From: Amoebidium appalachense
Lineage: Eukaryota; Protista; Ichthyosporea
Direction: 5' to 3'
Length of the DNA: 64,000 bases
Assembly (NCBI GenBank): GCA_963693365.1
Contig: CAVNZM010000023.1
Span: 9,077-73,076 of the forward strand
Shown: positions 14,743 to 26,632 of the stretch, in pieces
Position numbering within the stretch: position 1 is the first letter of the stretch
Layout: the number at the start of each line of letters is the position of its first letter
Notes under the pieces: generated by a model
What the model saw: the letters and a program-made list of their open reading frames with translations, nothing else
Database searches by the model: none
What the model was told of the DNA's origin: nothing
Position numbers and translations under genes: made by a program

Positions 14743-15356
14743 GTAGGCATAAAAACAGTCGTTGTGCTTAGTGACATCGACGGCGAAATCAGTGGCGTGG
14801 TTGGTGACGTCAATACAATACGTTTCCATTTCCATCCATCTACTCTATATATAGCTCAATGACCAACCGACGGGCAACTAAAGAAAACAGATTAAATAGA
14901 ATCGGCTCCAATCGATCTGGAGCAAATCGGGTCCGAGCCGGGTCGAGTCGAGGCAACCACACGTACCGTTTGCAATTTTTATCCATGGGCGGGTGCTGGC
15001 CAATCACGCCCGTGGACATAAGTGTGAGATCTCCTAAATGTTTCTATAGCAATCTATCTATTTCTATGAAATCTATTTTGCGTCCAACCGACACATAACT
15101 ACATTCATGGAGACACCGACCAAACCGACTCGGGTCGGGTCAGGTCGGGCCAGACCACACACGTACCGTTTGCGATCTTATCCATGGGTAGGTGCTGGCC
15201 AATCACACCCGTTGACATGACCAGTGTGCTCAGGCCCTTAACCAATCCGTAGTCAGAACCCAACTGGGCCATCTGACGAGCATTCTCCAGCCCCTGCTCA
15301 CCAGTGCAGGCGTTGGCACAGCCGCTGCATGTGTATACGTGTGTGCACGTGTGTGT

Positions 15357-15387
<31 letters not shown>

Positions 15388-16029
15388 GGGGAGATACGTA
15401 TGTGTGCGTGTGTGGGCAGGGGGGGGGGAGGGGTACGTGTGTGTGGGTGGATGGGTGTACGTGTGCACATGTGTATACATGTGTGTGCGTGTATGTGTGT
15501 GTTTGTGTGTGTGCATATGTGTGTGGAGGGAAATGGAAGAAGGGGAGGTGAGCTGGGAAGGATAAGGTGTTTGGGGGGGGGGGGGAGGAGGGATATGTGT
15601 GAAAGGGTCAACGAATGCATGAGTGTGATAGTGTGTGGTTGAAACGGATAAGAGAGGGAGTGAAAAGGGCAGAAGGAGGATATTTCTATATGTATGTGTG
15701 TATGTGTGGGTGGGTAGGCCCCGGGGAAGGGGGGGGGGGGGGGGGTGATTAAGAGTACAAGTATGGCTATGATCTGAAAAAGGAAGAGGAAAAAAACCAG
15801 TGGTTTTTGTGCGGTAGGGAGCGGTGAACAGAGAAAGAGTCGGAATGGCAGAAAGGGGGTAGGGTGTGAAGTGGAGTCGACTAGGGTTGGGGTGGACTGT
15901 GGCTGGAGACGAGAGGGGGAGGGCCACGGAAACAAAATGGATGCAGAGATGATGAAGTATGAGGGGACGGGGGGAGGGGGGGGGGGGGGGGGGGGGGATG
16001 TGTGGAGGGTTTGTATGTGTTTGTGTGTA

Positions 16030-16068
<39 letters not shown>

Positions 16069-16093
16069 CACTGTGTGTGTGTGTGTGTGTGAC

Positions 16094-16160
<67 letters not shown>

Positions 16161-16330
16161 CACTGTGTGTGTGTGGGGTGGGGTTGGGGGGAGTGTGGGG
16201 GGGGAGGGAGCAGATTGCGGGCGGCAGGTGATGTGTATGAAAGGTATGTGTGGGTGGTGGCAATACTAGAGCCATGGTGGTGGTGGTTCAGGGGGGGGGG
16301 GGGGGGGGGGGGGGAGGGGGAGGGGGGGAA

Positions 16331-16362
<32 letters not shown>

Positions 16363-16708
16363 GAGGGGGGAAGCACCTATTGACAACAACATTTCCAATG
16401 CCGTTATTTCCGTGGGCCTGGAGGTTGGCCCGGGAAATAATCACGGGGGCAGCCGTGAAGCGGTTCTAAGGTGTGTGTGTGCTTATTAGAGAGGCGCGGA
16501 AAACCGGCATGCAGAATTATTTTTGTCAATGATGAAAGGAGGAATGAATAACGGGCCTGGCTATATCCGAAGAAGGTCAGGAGGAACAAGGCCGGGGGGA
16601 GGGGGCAAAGGGGGGGGGGGGGGGGGGGGGACGACAGAGTGATGACGAAAAAGGTAAGTTAAGAAAAAAAGAGATGACGAGGGACCGGTCGTTGTTGTGG
16701 ATGGGTCC

Positions 16709-16754
<46 letters not shown>

Positions 16755-16942
16755 GGAAGGGGGGGAGGGGGGAACATACACACGGAGAGAAAACTCTGTT
16801 CGGAGCCAAAAAGGAAGGTGTGGGAGGGGTATGGCACCATCGTGACCGAAAATGGAAATTTAACTTCTGCTTCTACACACGAGAGCGCGTGTGCGCACGC
16901 GCACACACACACACACACAGACACACACAGACACACACAGAC

Positions 16943-16993
<51 letters not shown>

Positions 16994-17126
16994 GTGTAAA
17001 CACGCCAGCAGCGTTGCACGGGCGATCACTCGAGATGAAGGCCACATCGAGTCCGCCCCTCTTCTTGATGAAGGTTTCCGCAGCTGCAGCCCGGAACCCA
17101 CGGGCAACCTTCGTGGTAGCTGCCAT
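7060..17126 (-). CDS. argJ: Host ArgJ-family glutamate N-acetyltransferase / ornithine acetyltransferase (Arg7-like), 12 exons, 416 aa
   Basis: Exons joined by hand, all GT-AG with consistent phases: 17126-16992, 16465-16377, 15324-15167, 14563-14478, 13771-13673, 12352-12293, 11619-11542, 10898-10797, 10152-10014, 9214-9122, 8032-7960, 7198-7060 (1251 nt). Product has the ArgJ motifs [42 protein letters not shown] (autocleavage Thr), [24 protein letters not shown] and [15 protein letters not shown]-stop. Confidence 0.95.
8183..8759. mobile_element. piggyBac-like MITE inside argJ intron 10
   Basis: TTAA-CCCCGAGCCGATTGCC on the left and GGCGATCGGCTCGGAG-TTCA on the right (imperfect TIR, degenerate TTAA TSD). 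About 580 bp of unique sequence sits inside a CA microsatellite tract. Confidence 0.45.
14957..15020 (-). pseudogene. Duplicated, frameshifted copy of the 3' end of argJ exon 3 plus its donor site
   Basis: Encodes [14 protein letters not shown](+1)IANG followed by gtacgt, matching 15218-15161. Confidence 0.8.
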
Positions 17127-18309
17127 TTTCTGCAATGCAATGTGCTTTTTAACTCTTGCTGGTTCTCATGAGTGATGGCCTCTTTACCCCTCCTCCCCCC
17201 GCTCTCCTCCTCCTCAAACTCCCCCCCTCTCCCCTCCCTCCTTCCCCTCCCACTCCCTATGCCAACACCACCACCACCACTACCACACACGCACACACAC
17301 ACACACATAGCCACTCTTCCCAACCCTACCCCCTTCCCTACCAACCCACCACCCATACTCCCCTTATCCCCTCCTCCCTCCCCCCCTCCTCCTCGGGCTC
17401 TCTTCCAACCCACCCTTGTTCCCTTGACCGGGTCTCTTTTTCCTATATCATCTACCTATCATCATCTGGATTCATGGTGCTCCATCTGTCGACGTTAAGA
17501 CAGAGCACTCTGCTATTGGTAGCTTTCACTACAGCTTCTCCTAAATAGTCCAACAACTCGTGGCTATCCGTCAATGGCCGGCTTTTTTTTGTTCTGACCA
17601 CCTTCTGTGAGCTCCCTCCCCAAAACCCCTTCCCGGGTTGCTGATAAACTACACGGAGCTCTCAGCAAAAAAAAATTATAAAATTTATTAATTGAGCTTC
17701 AGAATCTCTTGCATATGTGTGTTGCAGTCTGAATTTGCGTATGCCATAGAATAAGGGAAGTCATGTTAGCTAACCTTTAGATGTTGGGTCCGCGAAGCAA
17801 ACAAGCGAAAGAGACGACAGACCGATCATGAAGCATGGATACCTGACTGTCTTTGTTTATATACTGTGAGCAAATCGGATGTAGCCGGCAATATCACAAA
17901 GCCTTTACTATACGTTAAATCCCTATGGCGTTTGCTCAAGCATTCGATAAAAGTTAAATTACATTGTAGTTTTATCTTTAGCAGAAATCACGAAATATCT
18001 ATGTAAGACCTAAAGATCGAGGTTTTACATATTCCTATTGGTTGTTCTACCTTTTCTGGCTTCCGGTTCGTTGGTGATCATGTCTCAGTGTAACATCCGA
18101 TAACGACGACGGATTTTATTGGGCATTAGCGCGCCAAAACCGGTTTCCGCCAGGTCACTGAGTAAGTAAATACTTCGTTTGCACAGCTGAAGGAAGGGGG
18201 ACAAAAAATAAAAGACAACAAAGCTGTAAAAGATACTGGCAGCCGAATGCGGGGCTCCCGTCTGCTAAAAAGGGGCCAGAGGCCATGCCCCTCTCGCAAA
18301 AAACGTTTT

Positions 18310-18369
18310 TATGCATGTGCTTGTGTTGAAGTGCGTGCTGTGTGTCACAGTGTGTGTGCGTGTGTGTGT

Positions 18370-18412
<43 letters not shown>

Positions 18413-18741
18413 CGTGCGTGTATGCGTGTCACAATAACGGTGCGTGCACGTGTAGTCTATTTTGATCTACGGTGTGTGTGGGTGGGCGGTGTGTATATGG
18501 GTGTATATCATGGTGTGTGTCTGGTGTGCACGTGTGTGTGTGCGCGCGCGTGTGATTTAATTGCGTGTGTGTGTGTGTGTGTGTGTGCACGTTTGTGTGC
18601 ATCTTTGTGTGTGTGTGTGTGTGTGTGACTGTGTGTGTGTGTGCACGTGTGTGTGTGCACGAGAAAGAGAGATTGAGAGTGGGTGTGTGGGTGTGTGTGT
18701 GTATGTGTTTGTGTTTCTGCCGGTGCGTCCTTTTTTTTTTT

Positions 18742-18782
<41 letters not shown>

Positions 18783-19897
18783 AGGGGGGAAGGGTGTTGA
18801 TAAACACTCTTCCCACGGCAACTTGGGACAGAAAGAGTTTCTTTGTAGATGGGTGGTCATATGGTTTTAGACACTTGACCAAAACAAAAATTGCAGGGTG
18901 GGGGTTCCACCCTAGTGGTACCGTGTGGGCATGTTTCATCCACAACGCAGGCAGGCTCGGAGAAAAAGACATGGGTATGGTTGGCTCCCCTACCTTGGGG
19001 GGAAATCACCATACGCCCATTTCCAGAAGGACACTGCACCACCTGCAAGCAATTGAAAACTGTCAGCATGTGTGTTTGTTTTGCACATTCAGTGTGTGTG
19101 TGTGTGTTGAGTGTATGTGTGTGCAGCATGTGTATGTGTGTGTATGTGTGTGTGACTGTGCTTGTGCGGAGTGTGCGTGTGTGCACGTGTGTGGGTTGTG
19201 TGCCTGTTATTGTGTGTGTATGTGGGTGGGTTTGTGTGCGTATGTACACGTGTGCAGACGCTTTTGCCTATAAAAGAACGTGTGCGTTATGTGCGTGCCA
19301 GCAGACAAGTGTGTGAGCAAGCTTTGCTTGCACGTGTTTATGACTTGTCAACATTCAAGTGTGTGCGTATGTGTGCGCACGTGTGTGTGTGTGTGTGTGT
19401 GTTTGTGTTTGTGGGTGTGGGTGTGCAATGTGTGTCTGTGTTTTTCTTTTTGGTTTGTGGTGTTTGTGGTATTCTGTTGGTGCTTATGCTTGCCCATGTG
19501 TACGCATGTCATGCACGTTTGTGTATGAGTGTGCATGCGTGTGTGTATGAGTGTGGCTTGTGTGTGTGTCTGTGTGTGTCACGGTGTGTGTGTGTGTGTG
19601 TGAACGAGTGTGTGAACGTGTGCGGATCTGGTTGCCTGCACGTGTGTGTATGTGTGCATGGTGCGCATGTGCACGTGTACCCATGTGCACGCGTTTCAGT
19701 CATGCACGTGTGTGAATGTGTGTGCAGGCGTGTGTGTCTCTTTGTGTGTGTATGTGTGTGTGTGTGTGTGTGTGTTGTGTGTGTGTGTGTAGTGCATGTG
19801 CACGTGTGAATGTTTGCCCATGCGCGCGCATTCCAGTCAAGCACGTGTGTGTATGTGTGTCCAGGCGTGTGTGTCTCTTTGTGTGTGTATGTCACTG

Positions 19898-19938
<41 letters not shown>

Positions 19939-20140
19939 TGCATGTGCACGTGTGAATGTTTGCCCATGTGCACGCATTTCAGTCATGCATGTGTGTGTAT
20001 GTGTGTCCAGGCGTGTGTGTCTCTTTGTGTGTGTATGTCACTGTGTGTGTGTGTGTGTGCGCGCGCGTGTGCACGTGTGCGGATCTGGGTGCCTGCGTGT
20101 GTGTGTGTGTGTGCATGTGTTCATGTGTTCATGTGTGCAA

Positions 20141-20210
<70 letters not shown>

Positions 20211-20999
20211 ATCTTTGTGTGTGTGTGTGTATATGTGTGTGACTGTGTGTGTGTGTGTGCACGTGTGTGTGTGCACGAGAAAGAGAGATTGAGAGTGGGT
20301 GTGTGGGTGGGTGTGTGTATGTGTTTGTGTTTCTGCCGGTGTGTCCTTTTTTTTGTGTGTGTTTTTTTTGTGTGTTTGTGTGTGTGTGTTTGTGTTTGTG
20401 GGTTTGGGTGTGCGTGGTGTGTCTGTGTTTTTCTTTTTGGTTTGTGGTGTTTGTGGTATTCTGTTGGTGCTTATGCTTGCCCATGTGTACGCGTGTCATG
20501 CACGTTTGTGTATGAGTGTGCATGCGTGTGTGTATGAGTGTGCATGTGTGTGTGTCTGTGTGTGTCACGGTGTGTGTATGAGTGTGTGTGTGTGAACGAG
20601 CATGTGCACGTGTGCGGATCTGGTTGCCTGCACGTGTGTGTATGTGTGCATGGTGCGCATGTGCACGTGTAAATGTTTGCCCATGTGCGCGCGTTTCAGT
20701 CGTGCACGTGTGTGTATGTGTGTGAAGGCGTGTGTGTCTCTTTGTGTGTGTATGTGTGCGTGTGTATGTGTGTGTGTAGTGCATGTGCGCGCATTTCAGT
20801 CATGCACGTGTGTGTATGTGTGTCCAGGCGTGTGTGTCTCTTTGTGTGTGTATGTCACTGTGTGTGTGTGCGTGTGTGCGCGTGTGCACGTGTGCGGATC
20901 TGGGTGCCTGCACGTGCGTGTGTGTGTGCATGTGTTCATGTGTGCAAGTGCGTGTGCGTGTGCGTGTGTGTGTGTGTGTGTGGGTGTGTGTGTGGGTGT

Positions 21000-21032
<33 letters not shown>

Positions 21033-21090
21033 TGCGTGTACGTGTGCAGGTATATGTGTAAGTGTGCTTGTGAGTGTGTTTGCGTGTGTC
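18310..21090. repeat. Complex (TG)n-based satellite with internal segmental duplications
   Basis: TG microsatellite matrix. Block ~19400-19750 recurs at ~20390-20750, and block ~18650-18725 recurs at ~20270-20342. Confidence 0.85.
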
Positions 21091-22094
21091 TGTACAAATC
21101 CGACGTTTCATGCAGGAAGGAAAACCCAAAACGCAGAATTTCTAACGCTTCATGGGGACACAAGCAATTACACACCTGAAATCCAAAAGCAGCGGCGGCG
21201 TTGGGTGTCACATTGACACATGTCATGTTGCCAGCCTGATCGGACACATCTGAAGCAACCTGAGGTAATGAGAACAAAAATCACTCCCTGGTTCACATAA
21301 AAACGTGACACGAGCACACACAGGCAGGTAGATAATGAAACGACGGCATACATTGGCTTCTACTTATACAGACTAAGATGCTCATTGGACTAGGCATGTA
21401 CCTGTGGTGCTGCCGAAGGTGCAACCAGCAGCAGCACAAAGAGCACGAGCGAGAAGACCACGCCCAACGCCTTACGCGGCGTTCCTTTCAAAAAACCCCC
21501 CATTGCTTCTATTAGTATCCGCAGTAAGTCGGTCGACCACTATGCAAAAACAAAACGTTTTCTTCAAGTTGCGCTCCGACGTCTGGTCAGGCTCCAAACA
21601 TCATGATCACGGAAACGGTATTTTTACCGTGCTTATGCTGTTCTTTTGCCAGGTATCAGCGCTAAACCGGAAATTTCGATTCGCAAATCAAAGTACACTC
21701 AAATACATTTAAAGCTCCCAACGAAATATTGTTCGAACCCATATTTACCTAAATAACAGATGTAATATAAACTAAATGATTCCCGATTTCGCTGACAGGG
21801 TAACAATTACTATCTAGTTGCCGCGCGCCTGGAAGCGAATCCAATGCGTTATCTCTCATTCCATTGACCCAGGAGCCAATCCAATCGAGTTTTTGAAAGT
21901 GGTTTTTGCCCATTGGACTAGTCACGTGGCCTGGTAACTTTGAGATCACACCACACCAAACCATCTCCGATCCGATCGCGATCAATCTATTTCCTACTTC
22001 CCACTTTTACCACTTAAAAATTGAAAAAGAGAAAAAAAAAAGAGACAAAACAAACGATACAGCATTACCCACTTCTAAGTGGGAAAGTGGCCAG

Positions 22095-22225
22095 AGAGAG
22101 AGAGAGAGAGAGAAGAGAGAGAGAGAAAAAAGCTAAGTCTACACGAGAGAGAGAGAGAGAAGAGAGAGAGAAAAAAGCTAAGTCTACACGAGAGAGAGAG
22201 AGAGAAAAAAGCTAAGTCTACACGA
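22095..22225. repeat. Three tandem copies of (GA)n-AAAAAAGCTAAGTCTACAC
   Basis: Direct inspection; lies at the host/virus transition. Confidence 0.85.
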
Positions 22226-22267
22226 GCTAAGTCTTGACCCGGGCAGGGGGGGGGGGGGGAGGGGGGG

Positions 22268-22442
22268 GGCAGGTGAGGCAGGGGGGGCACGTGAGGCAGG
22301 GGGGGCACGTGAGGCAGGAGGGGCAGGGGGGGCAGGTGAGGCAGGGGGGGCACGTGAGGCAGGGGGGGCACGTGAGGCAGGAGGGGCACGCGAGGCAGGG
22401 GGCACGCGAGGCAGGGGGCACGTGAGGCACGTGAGGCAGGGG
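22268..22442. repeat. G-rich 9/18-bp periodic repeat (GGCACGTGAGGCAGGGGG)
   Basis: About ten GCA(C/G)G(T/C)GAG units separated by G-runs. Confidence 0.85.
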
Positions 22443-22691
22443 GGCCGGGGGCCGGGGGGGGGGGGTTTATTTAGAAAATATTCACCAAACATATCGAGTA
22501 ACAACACAATGAAACTTTTACATATATATATATATATATATTGACAAGCCAAGTCGATATAAGAAACAAGCACAGAAACACATATGCATACTAATAGAAG
22601 CCGAATCTACTGTTAAGACTAAGAACACGCATACATCGACACTAATGACATGATTTACATCCGTGTAACGCATCGTAAAGCAACACAAAAC

Positions 22692-23850
22692 CTATTCATC
22701 AGGCTTTGACTCGTCTTCGATTCTCTTCTGCCAGGCCGCAATTTTAGCCTGTTTAGCCTGCTCCTCTGTCAATATATTCTTCTTTACCAGTTTACAAATA
22801 TTCTTGCAAGTATCCATATATTCAGAAAATGCACGTTTTCTACTCTCTGGGTTATTACAGTCGGCAATGTTGTTGGGTGCGGGCGATTGGGGCGAGGGAG
22901 CCGACTTAGACTTCTCAGACTTCTTGGGCTTAGACTTCTTGGGCTTGGAGTGCTTTTGAACACCGGCATTCGCGATCTTCCGAAGTGCCTCGGCAGTCCC
23001 GGGGGGGGGTCTTGCCCACCCATGGAATCGCCAACTTGCGGCCAGTGGTCTTACTGATCCCATTAGAGACGACGGGCTGAGCGACAGGCGGACGATCTTG
23101 AGTGGTGTCATCGTCAGAGGAAACATCGATCGAAGCGGTTTGGGGGGCGGCGATTGGATGGCGTGACTCGACAAAGATCGGATTGCCCAGTTCATCGAAC
23201 CGCGAGGCTGGCACATCGATAACCACGTTGTCCTGGCTCTCACGATTCTTCTGCATAAGACTGTAGAACTCTTTGAGACAGATAGCCCCCTTGTTGTCAT
23301 CGTTGTCATCGTTGTCATCGTCATCAGATGAAGACGAAGACGATTCGGTATCAGACCTACTACTGGAGCTCCTTGCCGAATTGTGATCACCCGCCTTAGT
23401 ATCATCTGGGTCTTGCTCGGCCATCTCGGTGTCGACATCTTGAGGCGGAACCATGGGGGCGACATCTTGAGGCGGGGCGATGGGGGCGGCACCCATAGAC
23501 TGGTCGAGATCACCGGCACGTGATTCGACATTCCGAGCAATCTTGGCGTTGCGGTTGCTACTCTTGCAGTAAGAAACGATGGCGGTCCTCAGACTCTCTT
23601 CGTCTTCTGAAGTGAAACCCCTCGGGTATTGCGGTATCCCTTCAGGTAACATACACTTGATAGCAGAAAGGATTTCCTTGAGCCCCTCGTCGTGGGTATA
23701 GTCGGCAAAAGTAGCCATCAGATCACGGACAACACATCCGAACCCAGCAACGCGCACAAGGTTTTTGACATTCCTAGGAATGGCAAGGGCCGCCTCGATT
23801 GCAGCACCATCAACCCCCAAGTCGTAGTCTCGAGAGCTAAGGTTAGACAT
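22692..23850 (-). CDS. Hypothetical viral protein (~385 aa), split by a +1 frameshift in the G9 run at 23001-23009
   Basis: ORF from ATG 23850 (MSNLSSRDY...) joins the 22692 frame (GTAEALRKIANAG...DESKPDE) if one base of the homopolymer is removed. Acidic/Ser-rich middle, Lys-rich tail. Confidence 0.65.
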
Positions 23851-24086
23851 GTTGAAAACAGCCTCGTTGAGAGCTAGAGTAGATGTGAAGAGAAAGCTGC
23901 GACTGTAGGATGAGCATACTGACACACACGCAACACTTCTTATAGCCAGGAGACACACAACGTAGCGACAAAAACAAAGTATCAAGAGACATCCATTAAT
24001 TGGACCGCCCGGTTTAAGATTGTTGTACACCAATCACAGAAGGAGGATAAAATAACAAAAAAAACAACAACAGAAATATCACACAT

Positions 24087-25261
24087 CAGATTGCGCGTTC
24101 GACACGATAGGGTCTTCGAACTCTTGACCACACGACCACGCCCCAACCGCGCGTTCCGATTTGTCGCCACACAGAACTCGTTTCCGTCCCACCAATCGGA
24201 TTGCGCGTCCGACACGACAGGGTCTTCGATGATGCTCCTACTCTTGACCGCAGTCCCGTCACCACGACCACGCCCCAACCGCGCGTTCCGATTGGTCGCC
24301 ACACAGAACCCGTTTCCGTCCCACCAATCGGATTGCGCGTCCGACACGACAGGGTCTTCGATGATGCTCCTACTCTTGACCGCAGTCCCGTCACCACGAC
24401 CACGCCCCAACCGCGCGCTCCGATTTGTCGCCACACAGAACTCGTTTCCGTCCCACCAATCGGATTGCGCGTCCGACACGACAGGGTTTTCGATGATGCT
24501 CCTACTCTTGACCGCAGTCCCGTCACCACGACCACGCCCCAACCGCGCGTTCCGATTGGTCGCCACACAGTACCCGTGTTTCCGTCCCACCAATCAGATT
24601 GCGCGTCCGACACGACAGGGTCTTCGATGATGCTTCTACTCTTGACCGCAGCCCCGTCACCACGACCACGCCCCAACCGCGCGTTCCGATTGGTCGCCGC
24701 ACAGAACCCGTGTTTCCGTCCCACCAATCAGATTGCGCGTCCGACACGACAGGGTCTTCGATGATGCTTCTACTCTTGACCGCAGCCCCGTCACCACGAC
24801 CACGCCCCAACCGCGCGTTCCGATTGGTCGCCGCACAGAACCCGTGTTTCCGTCCCACCAATCAGATTGCGCGTCCGACACGACAGGGTCTTCGATGATG
24901 CTTCTACTCTTGACCGCAGCCCCGTCACCACGACCACGACCCAACCGCGCGTTCCGATTGGTCGCCACACAGAACCCGTGTTTCCGTCCCACCAATCAGA
25001 TTGCGCGTCCGACACGACAGGGTCTTCGATGATGCTTCTACTCTTGACCGCAGCCCCGTCACCACGACCACGCCCCAACCGCGCGTTCCGATTGGTCGCC
25101 ACACAGAACCCGTGTTTCCGTCCCACCAATCAGATTGCCCGTCCGACACGACAGGGTCTTCGATGATGCTTCTACTCTTGACCGCAGCCCCGTCACCACG
25201 ACCACGCCCCAACCGCGCGTTCCGATTGGTCGCCACACAGAACCCGTGTTTCCGTCCCACC
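24087..25261. repeat. Tandem array of nine 132-134 bp units between divergent genes
   Basis: Unit starts at 24087 (110 bp, deleted), 24197, 24329, 24461, 24595, 24729, 24863, 24997 and 25131. Units carry GATTGG (GATTTG in two) and CCAATC(A/G)GATTG at the junctions. Confidence 0.97.
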
Positions 25262-25347
25262 AGACTAGCCGATTGGCGTGTCTGTTACGAGACCAATAAT
25301 TTGTCGCTCGGGCGGTGTCGATATTTTCACAGCAATGATAAGCAGAA

Positions 25348-26328
25348 ATGTCAACCGACAACGAAGAAATTCTAAGCGGAATTCGGAATTCACTGAGCGC
25401 CACACACGATGACATCGTCAGATTGTTATCGAAAATGCCAAAAGAAAGCGACACCGCTGGATCGGGAACAGTTGGGGGTGGCACTGATGTCGACGACCCA
25501 AACAAAATAGACGACATTAAAAATATAATAAACATGTTTAACAGAACCTCCACACAGACACTCAAAATTTTGAACCATTTCACGACGATGGCTGCTCATT
25601 TGCAACCAGGCACAACAGAAAAAACCAAAGACGATCCACTCGAGAAGGGATTGGAAAATATCATGTCGCAAATAAGCAATGCGATCAAGCTCTTAAATAA
25701 TCAGAACAGGCTTATAAATTCATTACAAGAGACGGAAAAGGATAACATTAGGCTTCACCACGAACTCGCCAATTACAAAAGACTCTACCAGGAAAATAAC
25801 GAACCCCAACAGAAAACGGCCACATCGAGGGACCCAAACATCCATAGAATTGCATTTCTGGATGTACACGGCGGCCGCGTATTCACACACGGATCGTCTC
25901 CGTGGATGACATACGACGGGACAGTTCACGGGGCAATATCTTCAGGACTGATCCACTTCTCTGGAGACAAACAGAGCCCCTGTTGGACCGTCAAGGGTGC
26001 TTTTGAAGGCACATATGTTGCGTTTCCACTGCACGACTGTGGAACGGTCACGGCCGTCAAATCCGGCTCGACAACAATCTCAAAAACACTGGCGAGATGC
26101 GAGTCTTTCTTCGACGACAAAGCATTTGCATGTGCATCCCTCAAGGCATACCAAGTGACACTCGCGTCAAGCCGAACAATCGCGACTCTCACGACAAATT
26201 TCTTTGTCGGCCACGAACGCAAGCTCGACCCGTACGCACAATCCACAACACAAACGCAACACACACATAGCTGCCCTGCAAGGGACGCCGCACCCACCCG
26301 AGGATACATCGAATCAGTGGTCATATGA
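25348..26328 (+). CDS. Hypothetical viral protein with N-terminal coiled coil, 326 aa
   Basis: Long ATG ORF with normal amino-acid composition and a heptad-like region. Confidence 0.7.
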   Translation: MSTDNEEILSGIRNSLSATHDDIVRLLSKMPKESDTAGSGTVGGGTDVDDPNKIDDIKNIINMFNRTSTQTLKILNHFTTMAAHLQPGTTEKTKDDPLEKGLENIMSQISNAIKLLNNQNRLINSLQETEKDNIRLHHELANYKRLYQENNEPQQKTATSRDPNIHRIAFLDVHGGRVFTHGSSPWMTYDGTVHGAISSGLIHFSGDKQSPCWTVKGAFEGTYVAFPLHDCGTVTAVKSGSTTISKTLARCESFFDDKAFACASLKAYQVTLASSRTIATLTTNFFVGHERKLDPYAQSTTQTQHTHSCPARDAAPTRGYIESVVI

Positions 26329-26632
26329 GACTAACCCATTATTTTACTTGCTATTATCGAGCATGCACGGAACGGGGAACAACACACAGATACAGATACA
26401 GTTTATATATAATGTTTGATGGATACAAACTTTGGCAGTGCTGGCAAACAGAAGCAAAGACTATGAACCGTCGACACATGTCGGTGTGCAATTACATATC
26501 TTAGTGCCAACACCGAAACCAAATGACAGAACACGGTGTGTAAATTGAATACTAATAAGCGAGCACGAAAGCAAAAATAGCCAGCTGTGTAGCTTCAAAT
26601 CGTTAGTACACCGGGCAATAGTAGCCCACACA

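Noticed and set aside
1-22600. Dozens of poly-Pro/Gly, HT/CV-repeat ORFs in the ORF track
   Set aside because: They are translations of poly-C/G and (CA)n/(TG)n tracts; only the short argJ exon segments within them are credible.
23982-25375. Repeated ORFs and CRISPR-like appearance of the 134 bp array
   Set aside because: Units are contiguous with no unique spacers and no cas genes; 134 is not a multiple of 3, so the ORFs are by-products.
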